30,155 nt of DNA from Chthoniobacteraceae bacterium (GTDB lineage: Bacteria; Verrucomicrobiota; Verrucomicrobiia; Chthoniobacterales; Chthoniobacteraceae). The position numbers and the translations under genes were made by a program. The notes under the pieces are model-generated. The model was not told the DNA's origin. It saw only the letters and a program-made list of their open reading frames with translations, and did no database searches. The DNA lies in assembly GCA_037190965.1 (NCBI GenBank), contig JBBCKI010000061.1, forward strand, positions 1 to 30,155. The letters run 5' to 3'. Shown in pieces: positions 17,382-25,800 of this stretch. Position 1 is the first letter of the stretch. Every line of letters begins with the position of its first letter.

Positions 17382-19986
17382 GAACTGCGTGATCTCCCTG
17401 GATAAAGTTGTTGAGGAGTTCCACTTCCCTGTCGGTGACGGGCATGACTCTCAGGCCGTCCCATTGGTAGGAGCCTGCGATGCCTTGCATTCTTAAATGC
17501 AGGTCCGCGCTTTCCGCATCGGGAGCACGAAGGAGAAAGCCGATCTTCCGCCATTGCCCGAAGGTCCGATCGATCGCCAGAGTTTGAAACGCCTCCGACT
17601 TGGGGGGCGTTTCACGCAGTGTCAGGGCCGCCGCGACCTCGGGCCGGAACCGCTCGCCAAGCCCGGCGGGTTGTTCGCGATACCAGATCTCCACCCAGTA
17701 TTGGCCGCCCGGCTCCAGATCGTAGAGGGATTGCGAGAGTCGGGCCACTTTGGGGTGGCTGGATTGCGCCAGCCCGGCAACGCCGCGCCCGCGAATGCCG
17801 AGGCCCTCTTCCAGAGCCAGCTCGGAGAGATTCACCGTCTCTTTGTCCCCGAGATCGAAGTCGGCTTTGAACCCCGAGAATATAGCCGTCTTCCCGCTAG
17901 CCAGCCGCTCGTCAATCCGCGCGACCGTCGCGGCCAGTTTGTGCTGGTCGTAAAATTCGGGGTAGGAATTCTTGATCCCTTCAAACAGCTCCTGCGATTT
18001 CTTCAGGTCGCCCAGCCGATAAAAGCTCTGGGCGATGCCGTTGAGCGCTTTGTCCCGGTAGCTGGCCCATTGGGAAAGCTTGAGCAGCACCTCGTAGTTC
18101 CGAATCGCTTCCGGGTAACGCCCTTCCTTGTAATCCACCTCTGCCCGGAGCAGCCGGAACAGCCCTTCCAGCTTTTGCTCGGGATGCTCAAGCTCCAGAC
18201 GGTCGAGCAACGTCCGGCTCTCCCGAATACTCCCGGCGCGAAGTTTTTGTTCCGCGACGCGAAGGAGCGCGCCCCGTTCGATCGCCTTGACCTGGCCGGT
18301 AGCGGCAAACGTGTCCCCGCCAAGGGTGGAGGCGAGCCGGTAGCGTTCCTCGGCCTGGTTCATGTCGCCGGTCTCCAGAAACATGTCGCCCCATTCGATG
18401 ACCGCCCGTCGAAGTTCGGGCCGTTTGACTCTGCGGTTTTCCTCCACCAATTGCTCGTAAAGTTCGCTAGCCTCCTTGAAGTTCCGAAGGTACTTCCAGT
18501 GGATGCGTGCCAGGGTTTGCGTGGCGCGGAAGTGGAGACTGGCCGATCTCCCCAGATCGCTGAACATCTTCTCTTTCAGCTTCACCGCTTCGGCCGCCTG
18601 CCCTTCTTCGGCGAGGGCTTCCAGCAGCGCCGCATAGAGATGAGCCTTCCTGGGCCCGTCGATCTCCTTTTGAGCCAGAAGGTGTTGCGCCAAGGCCGCC
18701 TGGAACTTCCATCGCCCGGGCTGTTGCGAGGCGACGACGAAATCGAAAATCTTGTCGATCCGCGCCGGGGTCATGGTCTGCCAGCGGGTTTGCGCGAGCA
18801 CCTTGACCGCTTCTCCCAGCGCGCCGGGCCCCGAGTTGACCGGGGGCTCATCCACAAAAATGCGCTGACGGAATGGCGGGAGACTCCCCGCTTGCAGCGT
18901 CACCAGGTATTCGCCTGGTTCGAGGTAAACATGCTGCACGGCATCGCCGGACGCCGTGGTGCCGTCCCCAAAATCCCATCGCAACTGGGCCGGGTTGGAG
19001 AAACTGCCGTGAGCCTGAAATCGGGTCAGGTAAGCGCTTGCGCCCAGCGAAACGAGGGCGTCCTCCACGCTGCAAACAAACGCGGCGACGGGCGCATCGA
19101 AGGACTCGACGGCGCGCACCTCGGCGACCGGGGCCGAGAGGAAGTTGCCGGGCGGGATTATCTCCCATTTCGTCTTGCCGGGAGGCTTCCATGCCAGCGC
19201 CGCAACACCTGTCTGCGCGGTGGCCCCGCTGAAATGGAAATACTCAAAAGGGAGCAATCCCGGTTTGAGTTCCATCTCATGCCATTCTTCCACATTCTTG
19301 GGAGCCTGCCGTTTGCCGGTTTGCTGAAAGATCAACTGCCGGTTGAGAAAAAGAAAAGAGGCGTCGTCCGCGCTTGCCGAAAAGCGATAGGTGCCCGCAG
19401 CGTCGATCTTCAGATGCCCCCGGTAAACCGCCGCAAAACTGCCGGGCTGCGCGCCACGGAAGGGGTTTCCACGACCGCGAACCTGAGCCACGAGGGCGTT
19501 CCCCTGGATCTTCGGAGTCGCGGTAAGCTCCGCGAGTGCCTCCGCCCAAGTGTCGAAGCGATCGCCGGCAAAGGGGCGGACCTCCATCGTGGGAGCCCGC
19601 CCGGAGGTGGCCCCTTGCGCGGAGGTGGCCCCTTGCGCGGAGGTCACGGTCGGGTTGCCCATCGAGACCCAGAATCGACGGTCGCTCCCTTCGCCTTTGA
19701 ACTGAATGATCGTGCTCCCCTCCGGGTTGCTGGAGATGACGTTGACGGGAAGAAGCTTCCCGGCCTCGTTTTGTACCTGAAGGTCGGCTCCGTCGGGCCT
19801 GCACCAGCCCCCTGTGGGAATGCTGGCGACCATCCAGCCATCGCTGCTCTTCCATAGATCCTCCTCGCCCACGCGTTCCAGGACCATGCGAACCGGCCTG
19901 CCGGGCAGTCGTTCGGGCGCGGCAAATGAGAGGGGGGAGAGCGCGAACGCCATCCCGAAAAACAAAGCGATCGGTTTATGGCTCAT
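17374..19986 (-). CDS. Secreted multidomain protein: PA14 + PKD + TPR repeats + C-terminal carbohydrate-binding-like domain
   Basis: Signal peptide ending SFA; PA14 (FAAVYRGHLKIDAAGTYRFSASADDASFLFLN..LAWKPPG); PKD (WDFGDGTTASG..HVYLEPGEYLVTL); TPR helices (YKEGRYPEAIRNYEVLL, ALNGIAQSFYRLGDLKKSQELFE); beta-sandwich tail (LEPGGQYWVEIWYR..QWRK..WDGLRV). Confidence 0.8.
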   Translation of the reverse strand: MSHKPIALFFGMAFALSPLSFAAPERLPGRPVRMVLERVGEEDLWKSSDGWMVASIPTGGWCRPDGADLQVQNEAGKLLPVNVISSNPEGSTIIQFKGEGSDRRFWVSMGNPTVTSAQGATSAQGATSGRAPTMEVRPFAGDRFDTWAEALAELTATPKIQGNALVAQVRGRGNPFRGAQPGSFAAVYRGHLKIDAAGTYRFSASADDASFLFLNRQLIFQQTGKRQAPKNVEEWHEMELKPGLLPFEYFHFSGATAQTGVAALAWKPPGKTKWEIIPPGNFLSAPVAEVRAVESFDAPVAAFVCSVEDALVSLGASAYLTRFQAHGSFSNPAQLRWDFGDGTTASGDAVQHVYLEPGEYLVTLQAGSLPPFRQRIFVDEPPVNSGPGALGEAVKVLAQTRWQTMTPARIDKIFDFVVASQQPGRWKFQAALAQHLLAQKEIDGPRKAHLYAALLEALAEEGQAAEAVKLKEKMFSDLGRSASLHFRATQTLARIHWKYLRNFKEASELYEQLVEENRRVKRPELRRAVIEWGDMFLETGDMNQAEERYRLASTLGGDTFAATGQVKAIERGALLRVAEQKLRAGSIRESRTLLDRLELEHPEQKLEGLFRLLRAEVDYKEGRYPEAIRNYEVLLKLSQWASYRDKALNGIAQSFYRLGDLKKSQELFEGIKNSYPEFYDQHKLAATVARIDERLASGKTAIFSGFKADFDLGDKETVNLSELALEEGLGIRGRGVAGLAQSSHPKVARLSQSLYDLEPGGQYWVEIWYREQPAGLGERFRPEVAAALTLRETPPKSEAFQTLAIDRTFGQWRKIGFLLRAPDAESADLHLRMQGIAGSYQWDGLRVMPVTDREVELLNNFIQGDHAVHE
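19602..19644. repeat. In-frame 18-bp tandem repeat (about 2.4 copies)
   Basis: CGGAGGTGGCCCCTTGCG x2 plus CGGAGGT, encoding TSAQGA-TSAQGA-TS in the linker before the PA14 domain. Confidence 0.9.
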
Positions 19987-20656
19987 AGGTGATTCTCAGT
20001 TTCCATTGGTCCGGGACGCCGAGCGGCGCCTGGAAGCCGACGATCTCCTGGAGATCTTCGGTACAAAGCATCCAGCCATATTCTTTGGCGCTGCCCGAAT
20101 GCCAGAGTTCCACGTCGCTAAGCACGTTCAACGCAATCTCCCCGGATTCATTGGTGAGCCTCATCTGGACCGAAGGGCGCGAGGCCCGGTCGCTGCCAAT
20201 CCCTCGCGCGCCCGGTTCCGTCCACATCGCGGCTTCGGGGCGCAAGCTGCGGAACCGGTGGTTGATCCCCACACCCCACGGTTGCTGCAATCTCCAGAGG
20301 TGAAGCCTTGCATTGCGGGAGGAAACTTTCGGGGCCAGCGGAAGAAGAAGTTCTGCGCGAACGATGCGTTGGTCTTTGGGGATCCGGTCGAGTTTGAACC
20401 TCAACAGAATCGCTTCCTGGCCCGAGGCGTTTACGATTTTGGAGTCAGAAAAGTGGGCATGGACATGCGTGCCGGCCCAGCCATGCGCCGCCGCTTGCGA
20501 GGAGATCGTGGCAAACAGATCGCAATCGTTGAGCGTCAGGGTAATCGTCCGCGCCTGCGCGAAGCACGACAAACTTAGCCAGAGAAGCGCGGCCAGTAAC
20601 TTGAAGTGCCGAATGGCCGGGACCAGTGCCGATGGGTTCTTAATTCGCGGCTTCAT
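19976..20656 (-). CDS. Secreted DNRLRE-domain (CBM96-like) protein
   Basis: Signal peptide, ILLRFKLDRIPKDQRIVRAELLL, WTEPGA, LNVLSDVELWHSG..YGWML, and terminal KLRITY: the pattern of DNRLRE domains. Confidence 0.72.
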   Translation of the reverse strand: MKPRIKNPSALVPAIRHFKLLAALLWLSLSCFAQARTITLTLNDCDLFATISSQAAAHGWAGTHVHAHFSDSKIVNASGQEAILLRFKLDRIPKDQRIVRAELLLPLAPKVSSRNARLHLWRLQQPWGVGINHRFRSLRPEAAMWTEPGARGIGSDRASRPSVQMRLTNESGEIALNVLSDVELWHSGSAKEYGWMLCTEDLQEIVGFQAPLGVPDQWKLRITYEP

Positions 20657-20657
20657 C

Positions 20658-21803
20658 CTATTTTACCGGGACATAAAGGCGGTTGAACTTTTCGGAGTAA
20701 ACCGGCGCCGCCGCTTCGTTTTCGAGGTTGTCTACCTTGTGCATCCGCGCCTTTCCCGAGGGCCACCCTTCCTTGTCGAGGTCGATGACAACCACCGCGC
20801 GCGGACTTCCGACGGCCACCTGATTTCGTGGAGTCATCACCACCGGGCGGCTCTTGAACTCCACTCCCTGGAGAGTGACCGTGCGCGGCAACTGGGTGAG
20901 GATTCCATCCACATGCTCCATGGCAAGGAAGGCGCCGGAGCCAATCGCGCTGAAATAGTAGAGAGGCCGTTGCGGGTGGGAGGCCACTTCCACAATCGCG
21001 GTCGTATCCGGCACAAGGATCTGGCGAAGCACCTGTGATTCTTCCAGATTGACGAAACATGGGCCCGAGAGCGCTCCGAGGAGCACGGTCGATTTCGGTC
21101 CGGGCACAATACTGTTGCCGACGAAGTAGAAAAAAGCCCGGGTTCCCTGCGGCTCGGGCCTTGGTGCTCCCGCGGCCTGCGCGGGGAGACCCTGTGCCGT
21201 CAGCGAATAGTGGAAAAGGGAGACGGGAACTTTCTTGGGACCGTCGATGCCGCTGGGGATGAACAGCCGCTCCTGCCTGCTGTCGAGGGCCAGCATTCCC
21301 ATTTGTCGATTGTAGCCGAAATCCGGCCCCTGGACGAGCGCCGAGGCCAACTGAAGCCGTTGCTCCGAGCAACGATAGATCACGAGATGCGGCAGTTGTT
21401 CCTGGGCTTGATGCGTCGCGTCACTGGCAAAATTCTGCCACACGTAGAGCAGCGGTTGACGGGGATGAAATAACACGCTGACCACGCGGCACTGCGCGTT
21501 CTGGTTCGGCGCGGAACGCGGCAGATCGATCGTTTGGGCCGGGGCATCTTCCACGGAGCCGTCTTGCTTGAGCGGGTAGACAAGCAGTTTGCCATCCCGG
21601 GTGCCGACGACCAAAAGGCGGTGGGTATCGCTAACGTCCGCCGCCGTGGACCCGGGCGCGATCACCGACGTCAGGGCACTGTTGTCGTTCATCGTCTCCG
21701 GAACTACTGGAACTAGCGAGGCGGCGTCCAGAGCATGGGTCGCCAAGGCAACGACGGCAATCAATGCGGAGATCAGTTTTCGAATGAAAGAGGAGCGGTT
21801 CAC
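20658..21803 (-). CDS. Secreted beta-propeller protein (lactonase/WD40-YVTN-like)
   Basis: GTG at 21803 overlaps the upstream TGA (GTGA) and is followed by a signal peptide. Blade-like repeats: ADVSDTHRLLVVG, VLFHPRQPLLYVW, LALDSRQERLFI, VASHPQRPLYYF, VYSEKFNRLYV. Confidence 0.7.
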   Translation of the reverse strand: MNRSSFIRKLISALIAVVALATHALDAASLVPVVPETMNDNSALTSVIAPGSTAADVSDTHRLLVVGTRDGKLLVYPLKQDGSVEDAPAQTIDLPRSAPNQNAQCRVVSVLFHPRQPLLYVWQNFASDATHQAQEQLPHLVIYRCSEQRLQLASALVQGPDFGYNRQMGMLALDSRQERLFIPSGIDGPKKVPVSLFHYSLTAQGLPAQAAGAPRPEPQGTRAFFYFVGNSIVPGPKSTVLLGALSGPCFVNLEESQVLRQILVPDTTAIVEVASHPQRPLYYFSAIGSGAFLAMEHVDGILTQLPRTVTLQGVEFKSRPVVMTPRNQVAVGSPRAVVVIDLDKEGWPSGKARMHKVDNLENEAAAPVYSEKFNRLYVPVK

Positions 21804-24800
21804 TGCGTGGTCAATTTTTCGTAATAGTCCTGCACCGCTTTTTCGTACCCGGGCAATGGCTGCCACGCGGGCTCGTCCAGGACGCGGCCCTGGACGCGAC
21901 GATCTTTCGGCAGGCTTTGATGGAAGCCCGCATAGGCCCGGTTGATGACCTGCAATTCGCTCCTCAACTGATCCATCGCTTCCTTCTGATGTCGGAAGAG
22001 ATCGGACTCCGGGGTTTCCTTGAGCCGTTCGAGGTTGGCCGCGATTTTGTCGATCAAATCGTCGAGACGCTCGGTGGGTAGGAAGAGGTTGCGCAGTTCT
22101 TTGCGGATGGCTTTGGCGCGGACGACGATCTGCTCCTGCGTGCTATTGGAATCCTGCAACAGAGCGGCCACGCGAGGGTCCATGGGCGCGCCCTGGCGGT
22201 CCACCAGCTTTGCCACAGCCTGCGGCTTCTCCATCTTGTCAGCGTAGTCGTCGCGCCACTGGCCCGCGTCCATGGTGGCCCAGCCTTTGTCCTGGGAATC
22301 AACCCGCTTGCCCCCCATGCCGGGCGAAGACCCTTTCTGAGGATCGTCGCTCATGATCTCTTTCATGATCCCCTGCTGCATCGGGGCGTTCTCCAGCCCC
22401 ACCTGCACCTCGTCCCTTCCCCGGCGATTGACGGTGACTTGATCGACATTGCGCCCGTGGCTGCGGGCTCCCTGCCGACCGGTGCCGGATGCGCCGCCGC
22501 TGCTGGTGGTTGGCGGTTTCTGGTTGCCGGTGCGCGAAGAGGCGGAAAAGGAATTGAGATTGCCGCCCATCTTGCCGATGTCGCCGCTATCGAGAATCGT
22601 GAAGGCCGCGTTGGCATTGAGGATATCGAAATCCTTCGATTCCTCATCGGCCTCATCCAGCAACGCGCCAACAAGGTCGAGCAGTTCGGGAATCGGCGGC
22701 GGGGTGATATTGTTGGGGGTTAAATCACTGGAGCCCGGCTGCCGTTTTGTGGGGCCTCCCGGTTCGGTCGATAGCGTAATGACCGACTTGGAACGGTCTT
22801 CTCCCGCGCCCGCGTGAATCGCCAGCCGCGCCTTGGTCTGTTCATCCAGCAGGAACGGCGTCGTATCGACCTCGGGTGGCCTCACCTTTGCCGGTCCGGC
22901 CTGCCGCGTCTCTTCGATTTTGAGGAGCGTGCCCGGCGAGACGGCGTTGTCATCTTCGACGCCGCTGTCGGCGAGGGCCGAGCGCAACGCTTCGATGGCC
23001 TGTTGATCGGCTACGGAGGCTTTATCCTCCGCCCGTGCGAGGACCCGCTTGGCCGCTTCGGCAGTGGCGTTTTTAAGATCCGCAAAAATCTTCTGGAGCA
23101 ACTGGGCCGCCTTCGTCTGTTCGGAAGCGGCGTTCTGCCAGGCTCCGGAGCCGAGTTGCTCGGCCGCCTGCCGCATCGGATTTTGGACATTGTCGCCGAG
23201 TTGATTGGCGGCGTCGGCAAAAGCGGCTCCGAGCGTCGGCTCCACTTTGACGATCCGCCCTGCCACGGCAAGAACGGCCCCCCGGGCCAGCTCAGTGGTC
23301 GCAACTAACCTCTTTTGGCGATTAGCGGCGGCCCTGCTTCGCTGTTGGATCATCGCGGGGTCGAGCTTTTCCTGCTGACGCTTCAGGCTCTCTTCACGCA
23401 ACACCTCCTGCCTTGCGGCCAGCATACCGACGAAGTCCGTCATGTGATTGTTCTCCCAATCTTCCCGGAACTTTCCGTACTGCTGCAAGATCTCGCCGAG
23501 GCTCTTGATAATCCGCTCCTGGATGAGCCGCGCCTCCGCCAGTGCGGCCCGTTTCCGCTGGGGATTGTCCTGATCGCTAGCCCCTTCGAGAACGAGGGTT
23601 CCCCGCACCATTTCGGCATCGGCCAGCATTCCCAGCGAGAAGCGCAGGTTGCCCGACGTCTCCGCCATCTCCCGCGCGATCTCCGTCGTCCTGGCCCGTA
23701 ACTTCTCCTGCTTTGCCGCGAGATCCTTGGCCGCCTTCCGTAGCGCATCGAGATTGTCCTGATCGTCCCATCGCAAGCCTGAGTCCGGCTCCAGCTTCCG
23801 GATCCACGCGGGCAACGCGTCGGCCAGTTGCTGTTGTTCGGGGATCAGCCTGCGCAGCTCGGTTTCGGTTTTGAGGATCTGTTCGTAGAGAAGCTGCAAC
23901 CGCGAGCTCTGGCTTCCCACCGTGATGACGGAGAGCTGGCTCTCGGTCCAGGCCGAGCTGTCTTTAAGCGGGTCGGTATCCTGCGCCAGCAGGGCGACCT
24001 CGATCCTGTCCCCTTCCACGACGCCCAGTGCTTGCAGATCAAACGCCGCTTCCCCCTCCCAGCGGGATTTACCGTCAACCATCCATTCCTGGACTTTCCG
24101 CCACTCCTTCTCCGCGCCATCGGCTTTGCGGATGGCCAGGGCGACTCGAGTCAATCCGTAGTCATCCTCCGCAACCAGCGTGAGAGGCAGGCTCATGTCT
24201 ACTTCCCCTTCCTGTTCACGCTCCAGGCCTTCCAGTCGAGCCTGCGGCGGCTGATCTGCCAGCACGCGGAGCTGGTAGGACGGGCTTTCGAGGGTCTTGC
24301 CATTCTGCAAAAGCTCGAGACGGTATCCAGCCACATCCTCAAAGAGCAGTTCCCCGGCGGCTTCTGCGGCATTGACGCTCAAAGGCACTTCGACAACATG
24401 GATGCCCCCATCCGCGCCCTGTTTCTGGAGGAGCAGGGTAGCCTTCTCCACGGGCCGGTTGAACTGAAACGAAACCTTCGCGCGGCTTCCAAAGAGCCCC
24501 TCAAGATTGCCCGATGCGGTTTCAATTTTTGCCGGAGGGAGTTTGGTATACGCTGGTGGCTGGATCTCGGCACGCACGGTTCGAAGCGACGCGGGCGCGG
24601 GGACGGTGATGGTGTAAGATTCGCTTTTGAAGTCGCCCCCGCGGACGGAATAGACAATGTCCTCCTGGACTTGTTTGAAAAGGGTGGAGGCCTGTGTGGC
24701 TCCCGGCTCCAGGGTAAGAATCTCCATCTTCCGCTCCCCTCCGGTTGAATGGATGACGGTAATCGTGTCCGGTGCTTCTCCCTCGATCTTGATCGTGAGC

Positions 24801-25456
24801 TTGACGTCGCTTCCCCGTGGGGCCTCCACATTGCCCGGTTCAATAGTGAGCCGCGTGCGATAGGCCGGGTCCACCTTCGCCAGTGGCAGGAGGATGCGCA
24901 CCAGCGAGCTTTTGAATCGGCTTCCCTCAAGCAGAAACAGAACCGCGCCCCCCAGGAAAACGCCGAGGATGGCTCCTGAGCCGATCAGCATCGGGCGGAG
25001 GCTTGCCGCCTGCTTGAGTTCGATATTCTTCAGACGTTGATGATTCTCCCGAATCACCGCTTCGCTCAAACGCACATCGGGTACGCGCTTGTCCCGGGCC
25101 AACTGGATCGTATTGATCAGGCGGTTGTCGGTTTCGGCGCTCCTTTGCTCAATGGCTAGCGCGATCTGCTCTTCGGTAAAATGCGTTTGACGCCACTGGC
25201 GGCGGATGACCCAGGCCGCGCCCAGGAGACTGCATACCAGCACCGAAAAAGCCGCCGCGCGCCACGCGACAGGCAGGTGAAAATAGGAGTCGGCCCCCAG
25301 CATGCCAAGCAGCGTCGCCGCGATGATCGCGACGGCAAACGCGCAAGCCTTCCACAGAAGAAGCCTGCGCGAACGCCGGGCATTGCGGGCGACGAGAAGG
25401 CGCAGGTCATCAAGGAGGACCTGGATCGACTGGGACCGGGGAGGATCGACGATCAT
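21800..25456 (-). CDS. Large membrane-anchored protein with Ig-like domains and long coiled coil (DUF4175-like)
   Basis: Three N-terminal TM helices, beta-rich Ig-like domains (IQPPAYTKLP, DQPPQA, AEDDYGL), a long Q/E/A-rich helical region, a Gly/Ser-rich segment, and C-terminal PGYEKAVQDYYEKL. Start placed at ATG 25456 (1218 aa). Confidence 0.75.
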   Translation of the reverse strand: MIVDPPRSQSIQVLLDDLRLLVARNARRSRRLLLWKACAFAVAIIAATLLGMLGADSYFHLPVAWRAAAFSVLVCSLLGAAWVIRRQWRQTHFTEEQIALAIEQRSAETDNRLINTIQLARDKRVPDVRLSEAVIRENHQRLKNIELKQAASLRPMLIGSGAILGVFLGGAVLFLLEGSRFKSSLVRILLPLAKVDPAYRTRLTIEPGNVEAPRGSDVKLTIKIEGEAPDTITVIHSTGGERKMEILTLEPGATQASTLFKQVQEDIVYSVRGGDFKSESYTITVPAPASLRTVRAEIQPPAYTKLPPAKIETASGNLEGLFGSRAKVSFQFNRPVEKATLLLQKQGADGGIHVVEVPLSVNAAEAAGELLFEDVAGYRLELLQNGKTLESPSYQLRVLADQPPQARLEGLEREQEGEVDMSLPLTLVAEDDYGLTRVALAIRKADGAEKEWRKVQEWMVDGKSRWEGEAAFDLQALGVVEGDRIEVALLAQDTDPLKDSSAWTESQLSVITVGSQSSRLQLLYEQILKTETELRRLIPEQQQLADALPAWIRKLEPDSGLRWDDQDNLDALRKAAKDLAAKQEKLRARTTEIAREMAETSGNLRFSLGMLADAEMVRGTLVLEGASDQDNPQRKRAALAEARLIQERIIKSLGEILQQYGKFREDWENNHMTDFVGMLAARQEVLREESLKRQQEKLDPAMIQQRSRAAANRQKRLVATTELARGAVLAVAGRIVKVEPTLGAAFADAANQLGDNVQNPMRQAAEQLGSGAWQNAASEQTKAAQLLQKIFADLKNATAEAAKRVLARAEDKASVADQQAIEALRSALADSGVEDDNAVSPGTLLKIEETRQAGPAKVRPPEVDTTPFLLDEQTKARLAIHAGAGEDRSKSVITLSTEPGGPTKRQPGSSDLTPNNITPPPIPELLDLVGALLDEADEESKDFDILNANAAFTILDSGDIGKMGGNLNSFSASSRTGNQKPPTTSSGGASGTGRQGARSHGRNVDQVTVNRRGRDEVQVGLENAPMQQGIMKEIMSDDPQKGSSPGMGGKRVDSQDKGWATMDAGQWRDDYADKMEKPQAVAKLVDRQGAPMDPRVAALLQDSNSTQEQIVVRAKAIRKELRNLFLPTERLDDLIDKIAANLERLKETPESDLFRHQKEAMDQLRSELQVINRAYAGFHQSLPKDRRVQGRVLDEPAWQPLPGYEKAVQDYYEKLTTQ

Positions 25457-25581
25457 TTGCTGCTGGAGGAAACAGAGGCGGGGGAAGGCTGAATGCCGAC
25501 CGTGCAATACCGGTACATAAATTTCTCCACACGGACCACAAAAATCGCTGCGTAAAAGCGAATTTGCAGTCAAATCCAGCA

Positions 25582-25598
25582 TGGCAGAAAAGTTGCCG
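25582..25598. promoter_or_regulatory. Possible sigma-54 (-24/-12) motif or dyad operator upstream of the 10-gene operon
   Basis: TGGCAGAAAAGTTGC on + and CGGCAACTTTTCTGC on - both have GG-N10-GC spacing. A dyad ATTTG-CAGT-CAAAT lies next to it at 25562..25575. Confidence 0.3.
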
Positions 25599-25608
25599 AT
25601 CTGGAGGA

Positions 25609-25768
25609 AAGGCAAGGTAGCCCGCTCTCGCCGAGAGCGCGGGATCGGTGCAGAGTCGCGTTTAGCGTCAGTCCCCGCAGGACGGGCTGCCGGGATTGGG
25701 ATGCGGCCTTTATCAAGCCATGGGACTCGAACTCCGCGCTTGACGGCGCGAGCGGGCTACCTTGCCTT
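25609..25768. repeat. GTAG-type REPIN/MITE-like element, family B, copy 1
   Basis: 19-bp perfect terminal inverted repeats AAGGCAAGGTAGCCCGCTC / GAGCGGGCTACCTTGCCTT. Each arm is GTAG plus a GC-rich hairpin, and the core is shared with 28002..28156. Confidence 0.88.
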
Positions 25769-25800
25769 GCATTCGCAAAACGACAAGAGAGGCTAGGCTT

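Noticed and set aside
17497..19857. 786-aa plus-strand ORF (and similar long ORFs at 8588..9799, 10938..12227, 12411..13247, 14533..15780, 23828..24748, 26972..28009)
   Set aside because: They are antisense shadows of well-supported minus-strand genes in GC-rich DNA and show no recognisable motifs.
25457..25615. 53-aa N-terminal extension of the 1271-aa ORF
   Set aside because: It starts inside the REPIN terminus and crosses the probable promoter region; ATG 25456 is more plausible.
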